A stretch of DNA of 40,000 nucleotides from Halosimplex rarum (GCF_047715405.1 NZ_CP180412.1:4294341-4334340), one strand, 5' to 3'. Counted from the stretch's first letter, positions 31,367 through 40,000 are shown. Numbers and translations are program-made. Notes: a model not told the origin generated them from the sequence alone.

Positions 31367-32608
31367 ATGGGCGCGCTGATCGAGCCAGCCGTACTCGCGA
31401 GAGCGAAGGACTTTCTGCTCCCGTCGGACGCTGAGCGTGGATTTGCCGTCGTCGACGCCCAGTTCAAAGCAGCCACATGGGGAAACCAGTCGATTGGGGC
31501 AGATACTCGCTCACAACTCGAACCGATTAATTCACTCCAGATGGCCAGCGGCAACCCCGACGCGATACTCGCGCCCCCGAAACCAGGAACGTACCGCGGT
31601 GCCATCGAGGACACAGTCACCGCGCTTCCACTGGCTATAATCGAAGCCAAAGGGGAAACCGAGCACAATAGCCAGAAGACGACTCGCATCGCCATTACAC
31701 AGGCTCACGGCCACCTGGGTGAGGCCAACCTTGGCTTCGCTGCGGTCCCCACGGGATATATCTCGGACGAAGACCGATCGCTGGCTCGGGAACTCAATAT
31801 CGGATTGCTGGCTATCGATGAGGGACACGTCGACGTCGTCGAGAAATCGCGACTCGTGGGTACGGAAACCACGCCGACAGCCGAAACCGTTCGCTTTCAC
31901 GCACAACTCGGCGGAACGGCCGTCGAGAGTCTGAAAAAGAACCATCCGAAGAATGCACTCGGGTACGCACTCGCGATTCAACATCCAGGAGACACAGCCG
32001 ACGTGTTTACGGACTACGTGATCCAGTCCGTCGACGACGCCCGGTTAGATGCGATGGCGATCGGATTGGTGTCAAAATCGCTTGGTGGCCCCCAGCTCAC
32101 GCCGGCTGGCAGAGAAGCCGTTCGGACAATTCGGTTCCATCACGGCGGACTTGAACCGGCTCTCGACTGTATCGATGCTCTCACCGGGAGCGGTCGACGG
32201 TTCATCGACGAGTGTCCTGTGATGGGGACTGTTGTCCGGCAATCTCTGCTTTCGTACCCGCCGACGCAGGTGCTGGTCAACACGCTTGACGACCTCGCTC
32301 AGGATGGAGTGACAGAACCGAGTCTGGCGACCGTTGCGAGCGCGGTCGCAGCAGAGCGGCCGAACTTCACGCTGGATCTGTTCATTAGCACGCGATCAGA
32401 ATACCGCGACCGCGTGCTCAGCGACAAAGACGGGGAAGTCATCGATACCTCGGCACTCACAGAGGGAGAGGTCTACTCGACGCATACAACGTTCCAGTAC
32501 AAGGCGATGCTCTACCACGCCGGAATTCTGACAGAGCGGGGGACTGGCACCAAATCGGAACTCGATCCCAAATCCGATATCTGGGCACTGGAAACGTCTA
32601 TCGTGTAA
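31367..32608 (+). CDS. PD-(D/E)xK (restriction-endonuclease-fold) N-domain protein with unknown C-domain
   Basis: 'NPDAILAPP...LPLAIIEAKGETEH...AITQAHGHL...AAVPTGYISDEDRSLARELNIGLLAID' fits the D...ExK...Q pattern of Mrr/NucS/Hjc-type nucleases. About 270 aa of unassigned C-terminus. Divergent from the large TGT-like gene. Confidence 0.65.
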   Translation: MGALIEPAVLARAKDFLLPSDAERGFAVVDAQFKAATWGNQSIGADTRSQLEPINSLQMASGNPDAILAPPKPGTYRGAIEDTVTALPLAIIEAKGETEHNSQKTTRIAITQAHGHLGEANLGFAAVPTGYISDEDRSLARELNIGLLAIDEGHVDVVEKSRLVGTETTPTAETVRFHAQLGGTAVESLKKNHPKNALGYALAIQHPGDTADVFTDYVIQSVDDARLDAMAIGLVSKSLGGPQLTPAGREAVRTIRFHHGGLEPALDCIDALTGSGRRFIDECPVMGTVVRQSLLSYPPTQVLVNTLDDLAQDGVTEPSLATVASAVAAERPNFTLDLFISTRSEYRDRVLSDKDGEVIDTSALTEGEVYSTHTTFQYKAMLYHAGILTERGTGTKSELDPKSDIWALETSIV

Positions 32609-32751
32609 TCGGAATCGGTTGATCACCCGGTGTGAGCCGTCTACTTCCCGTGAAGTACCAACTGACCGCCTTCCGTTTCTGGGTCGAATTCCACGGATTC
32701 CAGTTTCACTTCGAGGGCCACCTATAAGACAAATCGCGATATTCTTGAGAT

Positions 32752-33213
32752 ATGGCCTCAGGAACATCTATTGGGGAACACGAATCAAGCGCGCCGCTTG
32801 AAGCCAACGAGCGTGAGCTGCGGATTGGTGAGGACAAGCCGATCCGAATCAGTTCCGGGCACCGGATTCTCCACCACGATGGAAAGTGCAGTCGACCCCA
32901 CGGGCACAACTACGAGATCTCTGTCAGCGTCGTCGGTGAGCTCACGGAAGAGGGATGGATCGTCGACAAAGGAGATATTACCTCAGTAATATCTGAGTGG
33001 GATCATCGATTCCTTCTCGAGAAGGGGGATCCCCTCATCGAAGCGTTCGAAGAGAGCGGTGACGGCGACGCAGTCGTCGTGTTCGATCATCCGCCCACAG
33101 CGGAAGTGATGGCTGTCCTCCTCGAACAGCGATTACTCGACGAGTTCCCCGACACTGTGTCGGACGTCTCTGTCTGTGTTCGAGAGACGAGTGAACTCTG
33201 TGCCGCTCCCTAA
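32752..33213 (+). CDS. queD: 6-carboxy-5,6,7,8-tetrahydropterin synthase
   Basis: 'SSGHRILHHDGKCSRPHGHNYEISVSV' and 'WDHRFLL' are PTPS/QueD motifs. A CTATAAG box lies 22 nt upstream of the ATG. Confidence 0.9.
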   Translation: MASGTSIGEHESSAPLEANERELRIGEDKPIRISSGHRILHHDGKCSRPHGHNYEISVSVVGELTEEGWIVDKGDITSVISEWDHRFLLEKGDPLIEAFEESGDGDAVVVFDHPPTAEVMAVLLEQRLLDEFPDTVSDVSVCVRETSELCAAP

Positions 33214-33216
33214 TTT

Positions 33217-33984
33217 ATGCCGGTCAACGCAAACGCGCAGGTGGACGGCAACGATGCCGAGGGAGACCTCCCGATCAATGAGTTGTTTTATTCGATACAG
33301 GGTGAGGGCGAACTCGCTGGCATTCCTTCCGTCTTCGTCCGAACCAGCGGCTGCAATCTCCGCTGCTGGTTCTGCGATTCGTATCACACCTCGTGGGAGC
33401 CGACGCACGCCTGGATGGATATCGATGGAATTCTCGACGAAGTCACGTCCCACAACCAGTGCGACCACGTCGTCGTGACCGGCGGTGAACCAATGATCCA
33501 CGATGAGATCACCGACCTTCTGGATTCACTTTCGGCCGCAGGCTATCACACGACGATCGAAACGAACGGAACGATCTATCGCGATGCGGAAATCGATCTG
33601 GCGAGCATCAGCCCGAAACTCGCCAGTAGCACGCCCACTGCAGACAGAGATCCGAAAGGCGACGGTGAATGGGAAGCTGAACACGAGCAACGCCGCCTCG
33701 ACCTCGATGCGCTCGCCGATCTAGTCGAAGCGTACTCATTTCAGTTGAAGTTCGTCGTCACCGGCGACGACGACGTCGAAGAGATTCAGACGCTACTAGA
33801 CGAACTCCGTCCAGTAACGAATGCGACTGTTCGAAACGAGGACGTGCTGTTGATGCCGGAAGGAGCGACACGGGACCGGCTCAACGAGACTCGCGAAGTG
33901 ACCGCTGAACTGGCGATGGAACACGGCTACCGCTACACACCTCGGCTTCACGTTGACCTCTGGAACGATGCACCCGGGACCTAA
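33217..33984 (+). CDS. queE: 7-carboxy-7-deazaguanine synthase (radical SAM)
   Basis: 'INELFYSIQGEGELAGIPSVFVRTSGCNLRCWFCDS' (CxxxCxxC cluster) and 'VVVTGGEP'. Starts 3 nt after the queD stop. Confidence 0.92.
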   Translation: MPVNANAQVDGNDAEGDLPINELFYSIQGEGELAGIPSVFVRTSGCNLRCWFCDSYHTSWEPTHAWMDIDGILDEVTSHNQCDHVVVTGGEPMIHDEITDLLDSLSAAGYHTTIETNGTIYRDAEIDLASISPKLASSTPTADRDPKGDGEWEAEHEQRRLDLDALADLVEAYSFQLKFVVTGDDDVEEIQTLLDELRPVTNATVRNEDVLLMPEGATRDRLNETREVTAELAMEHGYRYTPRLHVDLWNDAPGT

Positions 33985-33986
33985 CG

Positions 33987-34604
33987 ATGACTAACGACGT
34001 TCAAACAGACGCAGGTGACCATGTCGACAGTATTGAGGCAGAGGAACAGCCGATAGACTACTCGAAAGCACAGGAAGGAGCCCGGTTGCTCCTTGAGGCG
34101 GTCGGTGAGAACCCGGACGAGGGCAGTCTACAGGATACCTGGGAACGGCGCGTCCCCGAAACGTTCGAAACGCTAACCGAAGGGACGCGTGCTGAAGCGA
34201 AACCGACGCTCCGGACCTTCGACGCCACGAGCGATGATCTGGTCATCAAGACGGGAATCCCGATGTATAGTCTATGTGAGCACCACCTCCTACCCTACCA
34301 CGGTACGGCTCACGTCGCCTATCGACCGGACGAGGAGGTCGTCGGACTGTCGAAACTGCCTCGCTACGTCCGCTGGCAGTCGCGCCGACTCACCATGCAA
34401 GAGGAACTCACCACGGATATCGCCCACGGGCTAGCGGACGAACTCGGAGCCGACGCAGTGATCGTTGAGATTACTGCGACCCACCTGTGTGAAGCGATGC
34501 GCGGTGTCGAGACAGCGACGGAAACGACGACTAGGACGACGGTCGGGGAACTGACCGATAGCGAACGCGAGCGATTCATCGAGCAAACGCGAACTCATGA
34601 CTGA
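33987..34604 (+). CDS. folE: GTP cyclohydrolase I
   Basis: 'MYSLCEHHLLPYHGTAHVAYRP...VVGLSKLPRYVRWQSRRLTMQEELT' and 'EITATHLCEAMRGV' are FolE type I motifs. Starts 2 nt after the queE stop. Confidence 0.92.
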   Translation: MTNDVQTDAGDHVDSIEAEEQPIDYSKAQEGARLLLEAVGENPDEGSLQDTWERRVPETFETLTEGTRAEAKPTLRTFDATSDDLVIKTGIPMYSLCEHHLLPYHGTAHVAYRPDEEVVGLSKLPRYVRWQSRRLTMQEELTTDIAHGLADELGADAVIVEITATHLCEAMRGVETATETTTRTTVGELTDSERERFIEQTRTHD

Positions 34605-35289
34605 CAACTCACGTGCTGTCGTGCTCGCATCGGGCGGGATGGACAGCGCAACGGCTGCGGCAGTCGCACAAGACGACGGACAGGACCTCTACATGCTCCA
34701 CACGTCGTACGGGCAGCGTACCGAATCGAAGGAGCTAGAGTGCGCACAGGCGCAGGCGAAACACTACGACGCGGTGGACTTCCTTCACCTGACGACGGAC
34801 CACCTCTCGAAGATCGGCGCGTCGAGTCTCACCGACGACGAGATAGATGTTGCGGACGCCGACCTCGACAGCGACGAGGTTCCGAGTTCCTACGTCCCGT
34901 TCCGGAATTCGAATCTCCTGTCGATGGCTATATCATACGCCGAAGCCAATGACTGTGGAGCGGTGTATATCGGTGCCCATTCAGAGGACTTCTCTGGGTA
35001 TCCGGACTGCCGACCTGCGTTCTTCGAGGCCTTTCAAGAAATCGTCAACGTTGGAACGAAGGATGAGACCTCAATTAGCATCGAGGCCCCATTCGTCGAG
35101 TGGTCGAAGACCGACATCGCACGGCACGGACTGGAACTAAACGTTCCATATGGGTTGACCTGGAGCTGCTATCGTGATGAGGAACCAGCCTGCGGGACCT
35201 GTGACGCGTGTGCGTTCCGATTGAAAGCGTTTCAGGAGGTCGGTGAGCGCGACCCGATCGAATACGCTGAGCGGCCGGACTACGTTTAA
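34597..35289 (+). CDS. queC: 7-cyano-7-deazaguanine (preQ0) synthase
   Basis: PP-loop 'AVVLASGGMDSATAA', 'VPFRNSNLLSMAISYAE' and Zn site 'CYRDEEPACGTCDACAFR'. 8-nt overlap (ATGACTGA) with folE. Confidence 0.92.
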   Translation: MTDNSRAVVLASGGMDSATAAAVAQDDGQDLYMLHTSYGQRTESKELECAQAQAKHYDAVDFLHLTTDHLSKIGASSLTDDEIDVADADLDSDEVPSSYVPFRNSNLLSMAISYAEANDCGAVYIGAHSEDFSGYPDCRPAFFEAFQEIVNVGTKDETSISIEAPFVEWSKTDIARHGLELNVPYGLTWSCYRDEEPACGTCDACAFRLKAFQEVGERDPIEYAERPDYV

Positions 35290-35451
35290 TCGGCTACGAT
35301 TCTACGAATTTGTGGATGGTTCGATGAGTACGCAAGAACTTCAAGAGAGGCCGGAGCCGTTCTTCGCCGGGAATGCCTGCTTCCTATAGCCAAATCTGCC
35401 TAAATCGACTGCACATGGACACGTGGCCGATCGAGGATTGTACGTGGCGAA

Positions 35452-38400
35452 TTAGTCCTCAAGCGAGTACTCCGGCCGAGCCGGGCAACTCCAGCGAATG
35501 TCACACTCCGCGCAGGTCCCGTCGGAGGGACGCTCTGCTTCTGTGATGTCGAACCAGTTCTTATTCTCGCGATCCTTCAGAATATCGCTAACCGTTCGCT
35601 CGAAGTCTCCCAGCGAGTCTTGTACGGTATCGTCGTCGAACGTCAACTCAAACCGGGCATGGTCACGGTCTTCTTCACCGAGGAAGTAGATTACACCCCG
35701 GTCCGGGTAGGAGCCACGGCGATATCGATACAGTTCGGCGTAGGTTTTCAGTTGGGCCCGGTAGTCGTCGAGTTCTCGTCCCTCGCTCGGGCGCTGGCCA
35801 GCCTTGTAGTCCCAGATCTCCCGCCCCTCGTCGTCACCGACGAGCACGTCCACAACGCCTTCGAGGACAAAGTCCTCTCTGTTGCTTTGGAGACGATGTT
35901 CAGTGTCCTCGACCCGCGGGTAGAGGTCGGCACCTTCTCGGAGATTGAATCGCGTGATGTATTCGAGCGCAGCCCGCTCCGCTTCCTCGCTCATCGGGTA
36001 GATGTTGCGAGCCTTGAGTGCTTCCGCGACTTCTCGGAAGTACCGCTCGATATCGCCTTCTGTCGGCATGTCTCCCTCGCTGGTTCCGTCGAGTTCCCCG
36101 GCGTGATGTCTGTGCGCCCGGTCCAGTGTTTCGTGGACGACTCGCCCGAAAAACAGTTGCGTGACGTGGTTCGGGGCGAAGTCCATGTCGGTGTAGTAGC
36201 CATACTGACGTTTGCATCTGCGATAGGCCAGTACGTCGCCAGTGATGCTGAACCGTCGTTTGAGTTCGACGTCTCGGTGCTCGCCGACCGTCCCATCGAC
36301 CTCGAACGCCGACGCGTCATCGATGCGTCGCGATCCCTCGAACCAGTCGACCGGGAGGGGGTCGCCGTCTCGATATCCGAGCGCGAGGTCTGTTGGCGCG
36401 TCCTCGCGGTCGAGCAAGAATAGGTCCTCTTCCGCGCGGGAGTACGCGACGTAGAACCGTCGGATCTCGTCACGGATCGACCGCTCGGTCTCGTCACCCA
36501 GCGGAGAGATGTCGGCATACGGGGCCAATTCTTCCTCTATCCAGTAGGTGCCACCGAACGTCCACGGTTCGCTATCGAGGTCGCTCGTGAAGACGACCGG
36601 AAACTCTAGACCTTTCGCCTGGTGGACCGTCATCACCTGAACGAACCCCTCGGGGATCTGGTCGTGTGGGTCCTCAGGCTCGTCGAAGTCCGTCGCGTCG
36701 AGATATCCACAGAACAAGTAGTAGAAGTCGGTGAGAAAATTCGTCGAAACCGAGTCGGCCCACGACGAGGGCGAGAGCGTCGACCGGCCTGTGACGCTGA
36801 CGAATGAGTCGAACAGTTTCGAGAGGCGGCCGAGTCGCTTCCCACGAGCAGGTTCTGCTTGGCTCTCGATCCAGGTAAGGAACGGATCGAACGAGAGAAT
36901 TCGATAGAACAGATCTAACAGATTTAGACCGAGCGAGTCACCCTCGTCTGCTTCGGTTATTTCCCGACCGATCTGGTCGACATACCGGTCTAGCGCTGTC
37001 GCATCGTATTCGTCGACGTACGCGTCGAACCCGTCGTACCAGTCCTCGATCTGAGTCCGGACACCGCCCTGGATAGAGCGTTTTTCGAGCGCATCCAGGT
37101 CCGGGTCGATGCACCGAATGATGGCTCCGAGTGCGAACTGGATCTCGGGGTGGTCGAGAAACGCCTTGTTACGCGGATTGTGGACCGGAATATCCCGCTC
37201 GCGAAGCGCTTCGACGAACGGGCCTGTCCAGTTGCTGTTCTCTTTCGTACTCTTGAAGAGAAACGCCACCTGACTGTAGTCGTCGATATATCCGGTATCA
37301 TAGAGTTTCTCTACGAGCTCAGCGGCGACAGCGGCTGATTCGCCGTCGCTATTGCCTTCTAGTATCGCCCGAACACTTTCTATCCCGTCTGTGGATTCCC
37401 GAGCGACCTCCATCGACTCCTTGTCCGGTGCTCGAGCGCCCGCTGCCTGCATTTGTGGATGCTCACCGACGTAACGGTTGCACCACGACATGATGTCGGC
37501 CGTTGATCGATAGTTCCGCTTGAGCTGGATGGTTTCGACCGCTGTATCGAAGCGATCCCGGATGCGATCTGGAAACTGGATGAGACACTCGACGGTGCCG
37601 CCGCGGAACCGGTAGAGCGCCTGATCGTCGTCACCGACGACGGTGACGTTCGGTTCCTCCATTTCCTCCAGAAGCTGGAAATACAACGCCTGCTGAAGTG
37701 GATTGGTGTCCTGATACTCGTCGACGAGAACGTGCTGCAGTGGAGGTCGGTCGCGGTCAGCGTCCCCATGAACGAATCGTTGACCCGTGTCGTGGTCGAG
37801 AAATTCGATGAATCGTTCTAGGAGGCGCGAAAAGTCACACCGCTGGTTCTCTCGAAGCGTTTCACGGTACTTTTCGAGTCCTTCCGCACAGATGCGCCAC
37901 GCGCGTTCGTCGTGGTCTTTTAGTCGCTCAGTCGGCGCTCGGTACTGCGAGATCCGGTCGAACAGTTTCGCCGCCCCACTCGTCGACTGCCACTTGTTCG
38001 GTCCATACTGCCTGCTCACCTTCCAGCCGAATATCTCGTCGAAGAACGTCCAGTCGTCGCTCGTCTCGACACCCTCGTCGGGGAGTGTCGCCCACTCGTC
38101 AGTGTCGAGTTCGCTCCCCCGTAAATAATCCACGAATGTACAGTTGTCGCACATGAACAACTGCTGACCGTCTTCGTTCAGCAACTCGACGTTAGCGTAG
38201 TCGGGGTACCGGTACTCTTGCATCACGTCGTTGCAGAGAGAGTGTAGTGTCCCGATCCGGAGTTCGTTCGCGTCGATCACGTCCCCGAATCCGAGCGTCT
38301 CGAGTCGGTCGATGATACGTTCTTCGAGGCTCTGGGCCGCCTTTTCGGTGAAGGTCGTCAGGAAGATGCTTCCAGGCGGAACTTCGTCGACCAGTAGCAG

Positions 38401-38595
38401 TCTGAGAGTTCGCGAAACCAGAACCTCCGTTTTCCCACTCCCGGGACCTGCTGCCAGTTGAAGCGGTCCACCGCTGTCGCGAATCGCTCTGCGTTGGGCG
38501 TCGTTGAACGACCACCTGGGGTCGTCGAAGCGTTCTCGATTTGCCGCTTCGAGCAGCTCGAAAAACGTGGACTCGTTAAGTGGGATATCCGACAT
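35452..38595 (-). CDS. UvrD/Rep-type SF1 helicase fused to a C-terminal Cas4/RecB-type PD-(D/E)xK nuclease with a 4-Cys cluster
   Basis: Walker A 'AAGPGSGKTEVL'. Motif II 'VLVDEYQDTNPLQ'. 'VVGDDDQALYRFRG', 'MTVHQAKGLEFPVVF' and 'RRFYVAYSRAEEDL'. Nuclease: 'YRRCKRQY', 'GVVDVL...IWDYKAG', 'QLKTYAELY' and 'CAECDIRWSC'. Confidence 0.9.
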   Translation of the reverse strand: MSDIPLNESTFFELLEAANRERFDDPRWSFNDAQRRAIRDSGGPLQLAAGPGSGKTEVLVSRTLRLLLVDEVPPGSIFLTTFTEKAAQSLEERIIDRLETLGFGDVIDANELRIGTLHSLCNDVMQEYRYPDYANVELLNEDGQQLFMCDNCTFVDYLRGSELDTDEWATLPDEGVETSDDWTFFDEIFGWKVSRQYGPNKWQSTSGAAKLFDRISQYRAPTERLKDHDERAWRICAEGLEKYRETLRENQRCDFSRLLERFIEFLDHDTGQRFVHGDADRDRPPLQHVLVDEYQDTNPLQQALYFQLLEEMEEPNVTVVGDDDQALYRFRGGTVECLIQFPDRIRDRFDTAVETIQLKRNYRSTADIMSWCNRYVGEHPQMQAAGARAPDKESMEVARESTDGIESVRAILEGNSDGESAAVAAELVEKLYDTGYIDDYSQVAFLFKSTKENSNWTGPFVEALRERDIPVHNPRNKAFLDHPEIQFALGAIIRCIDPDLDALEKRSIQGGVRTQIEDWYDGFDAYVDEYDATALDRYVDQIGREITEADEGDSLGLNLLDLFYRILSFDPFLTWIESQAEPARGKRLGRLSKLFDSFVSVTGRSTLSPSSWADSVSTNFLTDFYYLFCGYLDATDFDEPEDPHDQIPEGFVQVMTVHQAKGLEFPVVFTSDLDSEPWTFGGTYWIEEELAPYADISPLGDETERSIRDEIRRFYVAYSRAEEDLFLLDREDAPTDLALGYRDGDPLPVDWFEGSRRIDDASAFEVDGTVGEHRDVELKRRFSITGDVLAYRRCKRQYGYYTDMDFAPNHVTQLFFGRVVHETLDRAHRHHAGELDGTSEGDMPTEGDIERYFREVAEALKARNIYPMSEEAERAALEYITRFNLREGADLYPRVEDTEHRLQSNREDFVLEGVVDVLVGDDEGREIWDYKAGQRPSEGRELDDYRAQLKTYAELYRYRRGSYPDRGVIYFLGEEDRDHARFELTFDDDTVQDSLGDFERTVSDILKDRENKNWFDITEAERPSDGTCAECDIRWSCPARPEYSLED

Positions 38596-39099
38596 TGATA
38601 TGTTCGATTGGGTGGCCGTCTGACCGGTAGTCTGATGATCCCGGTGCTACCACGACGGTCCTATGCGTACCAGTTAGACCGCCCTATATAAATTGATAAG
38701 ACCGATCTGTCTCTTCGAGGGCTGATTCTCTGGATTTGGCCGAGGATGAATCTGCTACGACAAATAGCTATAAGTTTGTCGAGTCCCGTCTTGTGAACGC
38801 GAGAAGTTTACCAACGACCCATCCGGGTCTGTGGCAACCGATCAGAAACTAGACTTCCTTCCACAGGGGTCACATTCAAGAAAACGACACTCCGCTCGGA
38901 AATTCGGTTCTGCCGGTGACCACGACCGGCGTCGAAAGGCGCTGTGTCGGGGTTGGAGCACCAGCAGGAATATCGCTATCCACGCTTTCGAGGGCGCAGT
39001 AGCAACTGGTTCAGTCGTCGTTCCGAGCGGAATTCCGGTTCTCGATTTCCTCGTTACGAACAGCGACAGTACCGCTCACGATCGCTGTCTCTCTTTCCA

Positions 39100-40000
39100 A
39101 TGACTCAGCGAGCCTCCCAGACTCTGCAAACTGACGGTACCACTGGAGTATCGCCGGAAGCAACTACAGGAGTAGTAGATGCTTGCCCCGAATGCGAGAG
39201 CACAGATATCGCCACGGTCTCTGACGATCTCCATTGCCGTGACTGTGGATTCGTTATCGACGAGAGGTCGGTTGATCAGTCACTCCCCAGTTGGACTGAT
39301 TCCGCACGGCGACACTACGGGCCAACTTCGAGCACACAGCATCTACAGGTAGGGACCTGTGTCGGCATCGAGACAACCGATCTTCGGACAGATCGCCTGC
39401 GTAGATACAACCGTCGGCTACGGCCAGCAGATCGGACGCTCCACAGGGGACTACGAGATCTGCGTGGTGTCTGTGAGGAACTCGAGATTGCCAAAACTAC
39501 CCGCGAACGAGCAGCGCACCTGTTTCGGCAATCTGTTTCGAGGGGCTTACTGCATGGGCGGACCATCGAGGCGTTTACAGCAGCAGCCGTTTTCCTGGCT
39601 GTTCGGGAAGCAGGGCGGCCGATGACGTACGACTGGATCGAAAGCGTCTCACTTGCGGACACGAACGAAATCTCTGGAGCCTACAGGCTTATTGCCCGAG
39701 AACTGGGTCTACAGATTCTGCCTCCTGAGCCGAACGATTTCATCCCAGTTCTCGCCTCAGCGGTCGACGCTTCGCGAGATGTGGAACGAGTCGCCGAGAA
39801 TATCGTCGCAAGATCCGGTGAAATGGGCATCTCTGTCGGCAAGCATCCAGCCGGGTTCGCTGCTGCTGCCCTGTATGCAGCGAGCATACAGACCGATATC
39901 GAAGCTGATCAACAGACGTTCGCTGATGCAGCGGAAGTGAGCACTGTCACAATCTCTCGTCAGTGGAATACTATTCAGGATAAACTCGAACTCGATAAGC
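39100..40000 (+). CDS. tfb: Transcription initiation factor IIB (TFB), 3'-truncated by the window edge
   Basis: Hand translation from ATG 39100 (frame not in the track because no stop is reached). It gives Zn ribbon 'CPECESTDIATVSDDLHCRDCGFVID', then cyclin-fold repeats ('TTRERAAHLFRQSVSRGLLHGRTIEAFTAAAVFLAVREAGRP', 'HPAGFAAAALYAASIQ...QQTFADAAEVSTVTISRQW'). Confidence 0.85.
   Translation, partial: MTQRASQTLQTDGTTGVSPEATTGVVDACPECESTDIATVSDDLHCRDCGFVIDERSVDQSLPSWTDSARRHYGPTSSTQHLQVGTCVGIETTDLRTDRLRRYNRRLRPADRTLHRGLRDLRGVCEELEIAKTTRERAAHLFRQSVSRGLLHGRTIEAFTAAAVFLAVREAGRPMTYDWIESVSLADTNEISGAYRLIARELGLQILPPEPNDFIPVLASAVDASRDVERVAENIVARSGEMGISVGKHPAGFAAAALYAASIQTDIEADQQTFADAAEVSTVTISRQWNTIQDKLELDK

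Noticed and set aside
31237-31695. N-terminal 153 codons of track ORF 28324..31695
   Set aside because: This part is Ser/Ala/Arg-rich and lies antisense to the better-looking + ORF starting at 31367. The TGT-like homology begins only after the GTG at 31236.
32609-32751. Possible preQ1-type riboswitch upstream of queD
   Set aside because: No preQ1-I/II-like hairpin or pseudoknot with an A-rich tail is readable. A TATA-like box 22 nt before the ATG implies a leaderless mRNA with no room for a riboswitch.
35620-36423. 267-aa + strand ORF opposite the helicase-nuclease
   Set aside because: Shadow ORF within a gene whose minus-strand frame has a full set of SF1 helicase and nuclease motifs.
38831-39103. 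90-aa GTG-initiated ORF upstream of tfb, and a 16/20 direct repeat CCG(CT/AG)CGGAA(AT/TT)(T/C)CGGTTCT at 38892 and 39023
   Set aside because: The ORF is basic and atypical for this proteome. The repeat is short and imperfect, and its TTCCGG core is too common in GC-rich DNA to link it confidently to the polB/orc1 motif family.
1-40000. tRNA/rRNA genes, CRISPR arrays, integrase or transposase genes, att-type exact direct repeats
   Set aside because: I looked for T-loop-like GGTTCGAATCC words, regularly spaced repeats and recombinase motifs and found none. This was a manual scan only, so tRNAscan-SE, CRISPR and IS searches should confirm it.

Overview
GC-rich archaeal DNA. The proteins are strongly acidic and include Orc1/Cdc6, TFB, a HalOD1 domain protein, a phiH1-repressor-like wHTH and a CPxCG-type zinc finger. 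I infer a haloarchaeal (class Halobacteria) plasmid or accessory island. No rRNA, tRNA, CRISPR array, integrase or transposase was recognised by eye.

Layout:
- 0.1-7.1 kb: membrane and small conserved proteins, an MNT/HEPN toxin-antitoxin pair whose HEPN gene carries an in-frame TAG, and small regulators.
- 7.1-9.4 kb: a family B DNA polymerase with apparently degenerate exonuclease motifs.
- 9.9-13.2 kb: an Mrr-nuclease fused to an inactivated MCM remnant, then a CoiA-like nuclease.
- 13.2-14.6 kb: a frameshifted parA with upstream tandem repeats.
- 15.7-17.4 kb: an AT-rich islet with a secreted protein.
- 18.0-20.2 kb: a P-loop-less RecA/RadB-like protein, a small partner and an SRAP peptidase. 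The RecA-like promoter shares a 31-bp motif (29/31 identical) with the polB promoter.
- 20.3-24.8 kb: a GmrSD-type (DUF262+DUF1524) enzyme, orc1/cdc6 with repeated upstream motifs, and an ArdC-like gene.
- 24.9-38.6 kb (the most interesting part): a complete preQ0 operon (queD-queE-folE-queC) embedded between two atypical TGT-superfamily genes. One of these is about 971 aa and fused to a YaaA-like domain. The block also holds a P-loop ATPase, wHTH proteins, a PD-(D/E)xK protein and a UvrD-type helicase fused to a Cas4/RecB-type nuclease. I interpret this as an archaeal, compositionally distinct counterpart of bacterial Dpd 7-deazaguanine DNA modification/restriction islands.
- 39.1-40.0 kb: a tfb gene that runs off the right edge.

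All functional calls come from reading the translated ORFs by eye; no searches were run.
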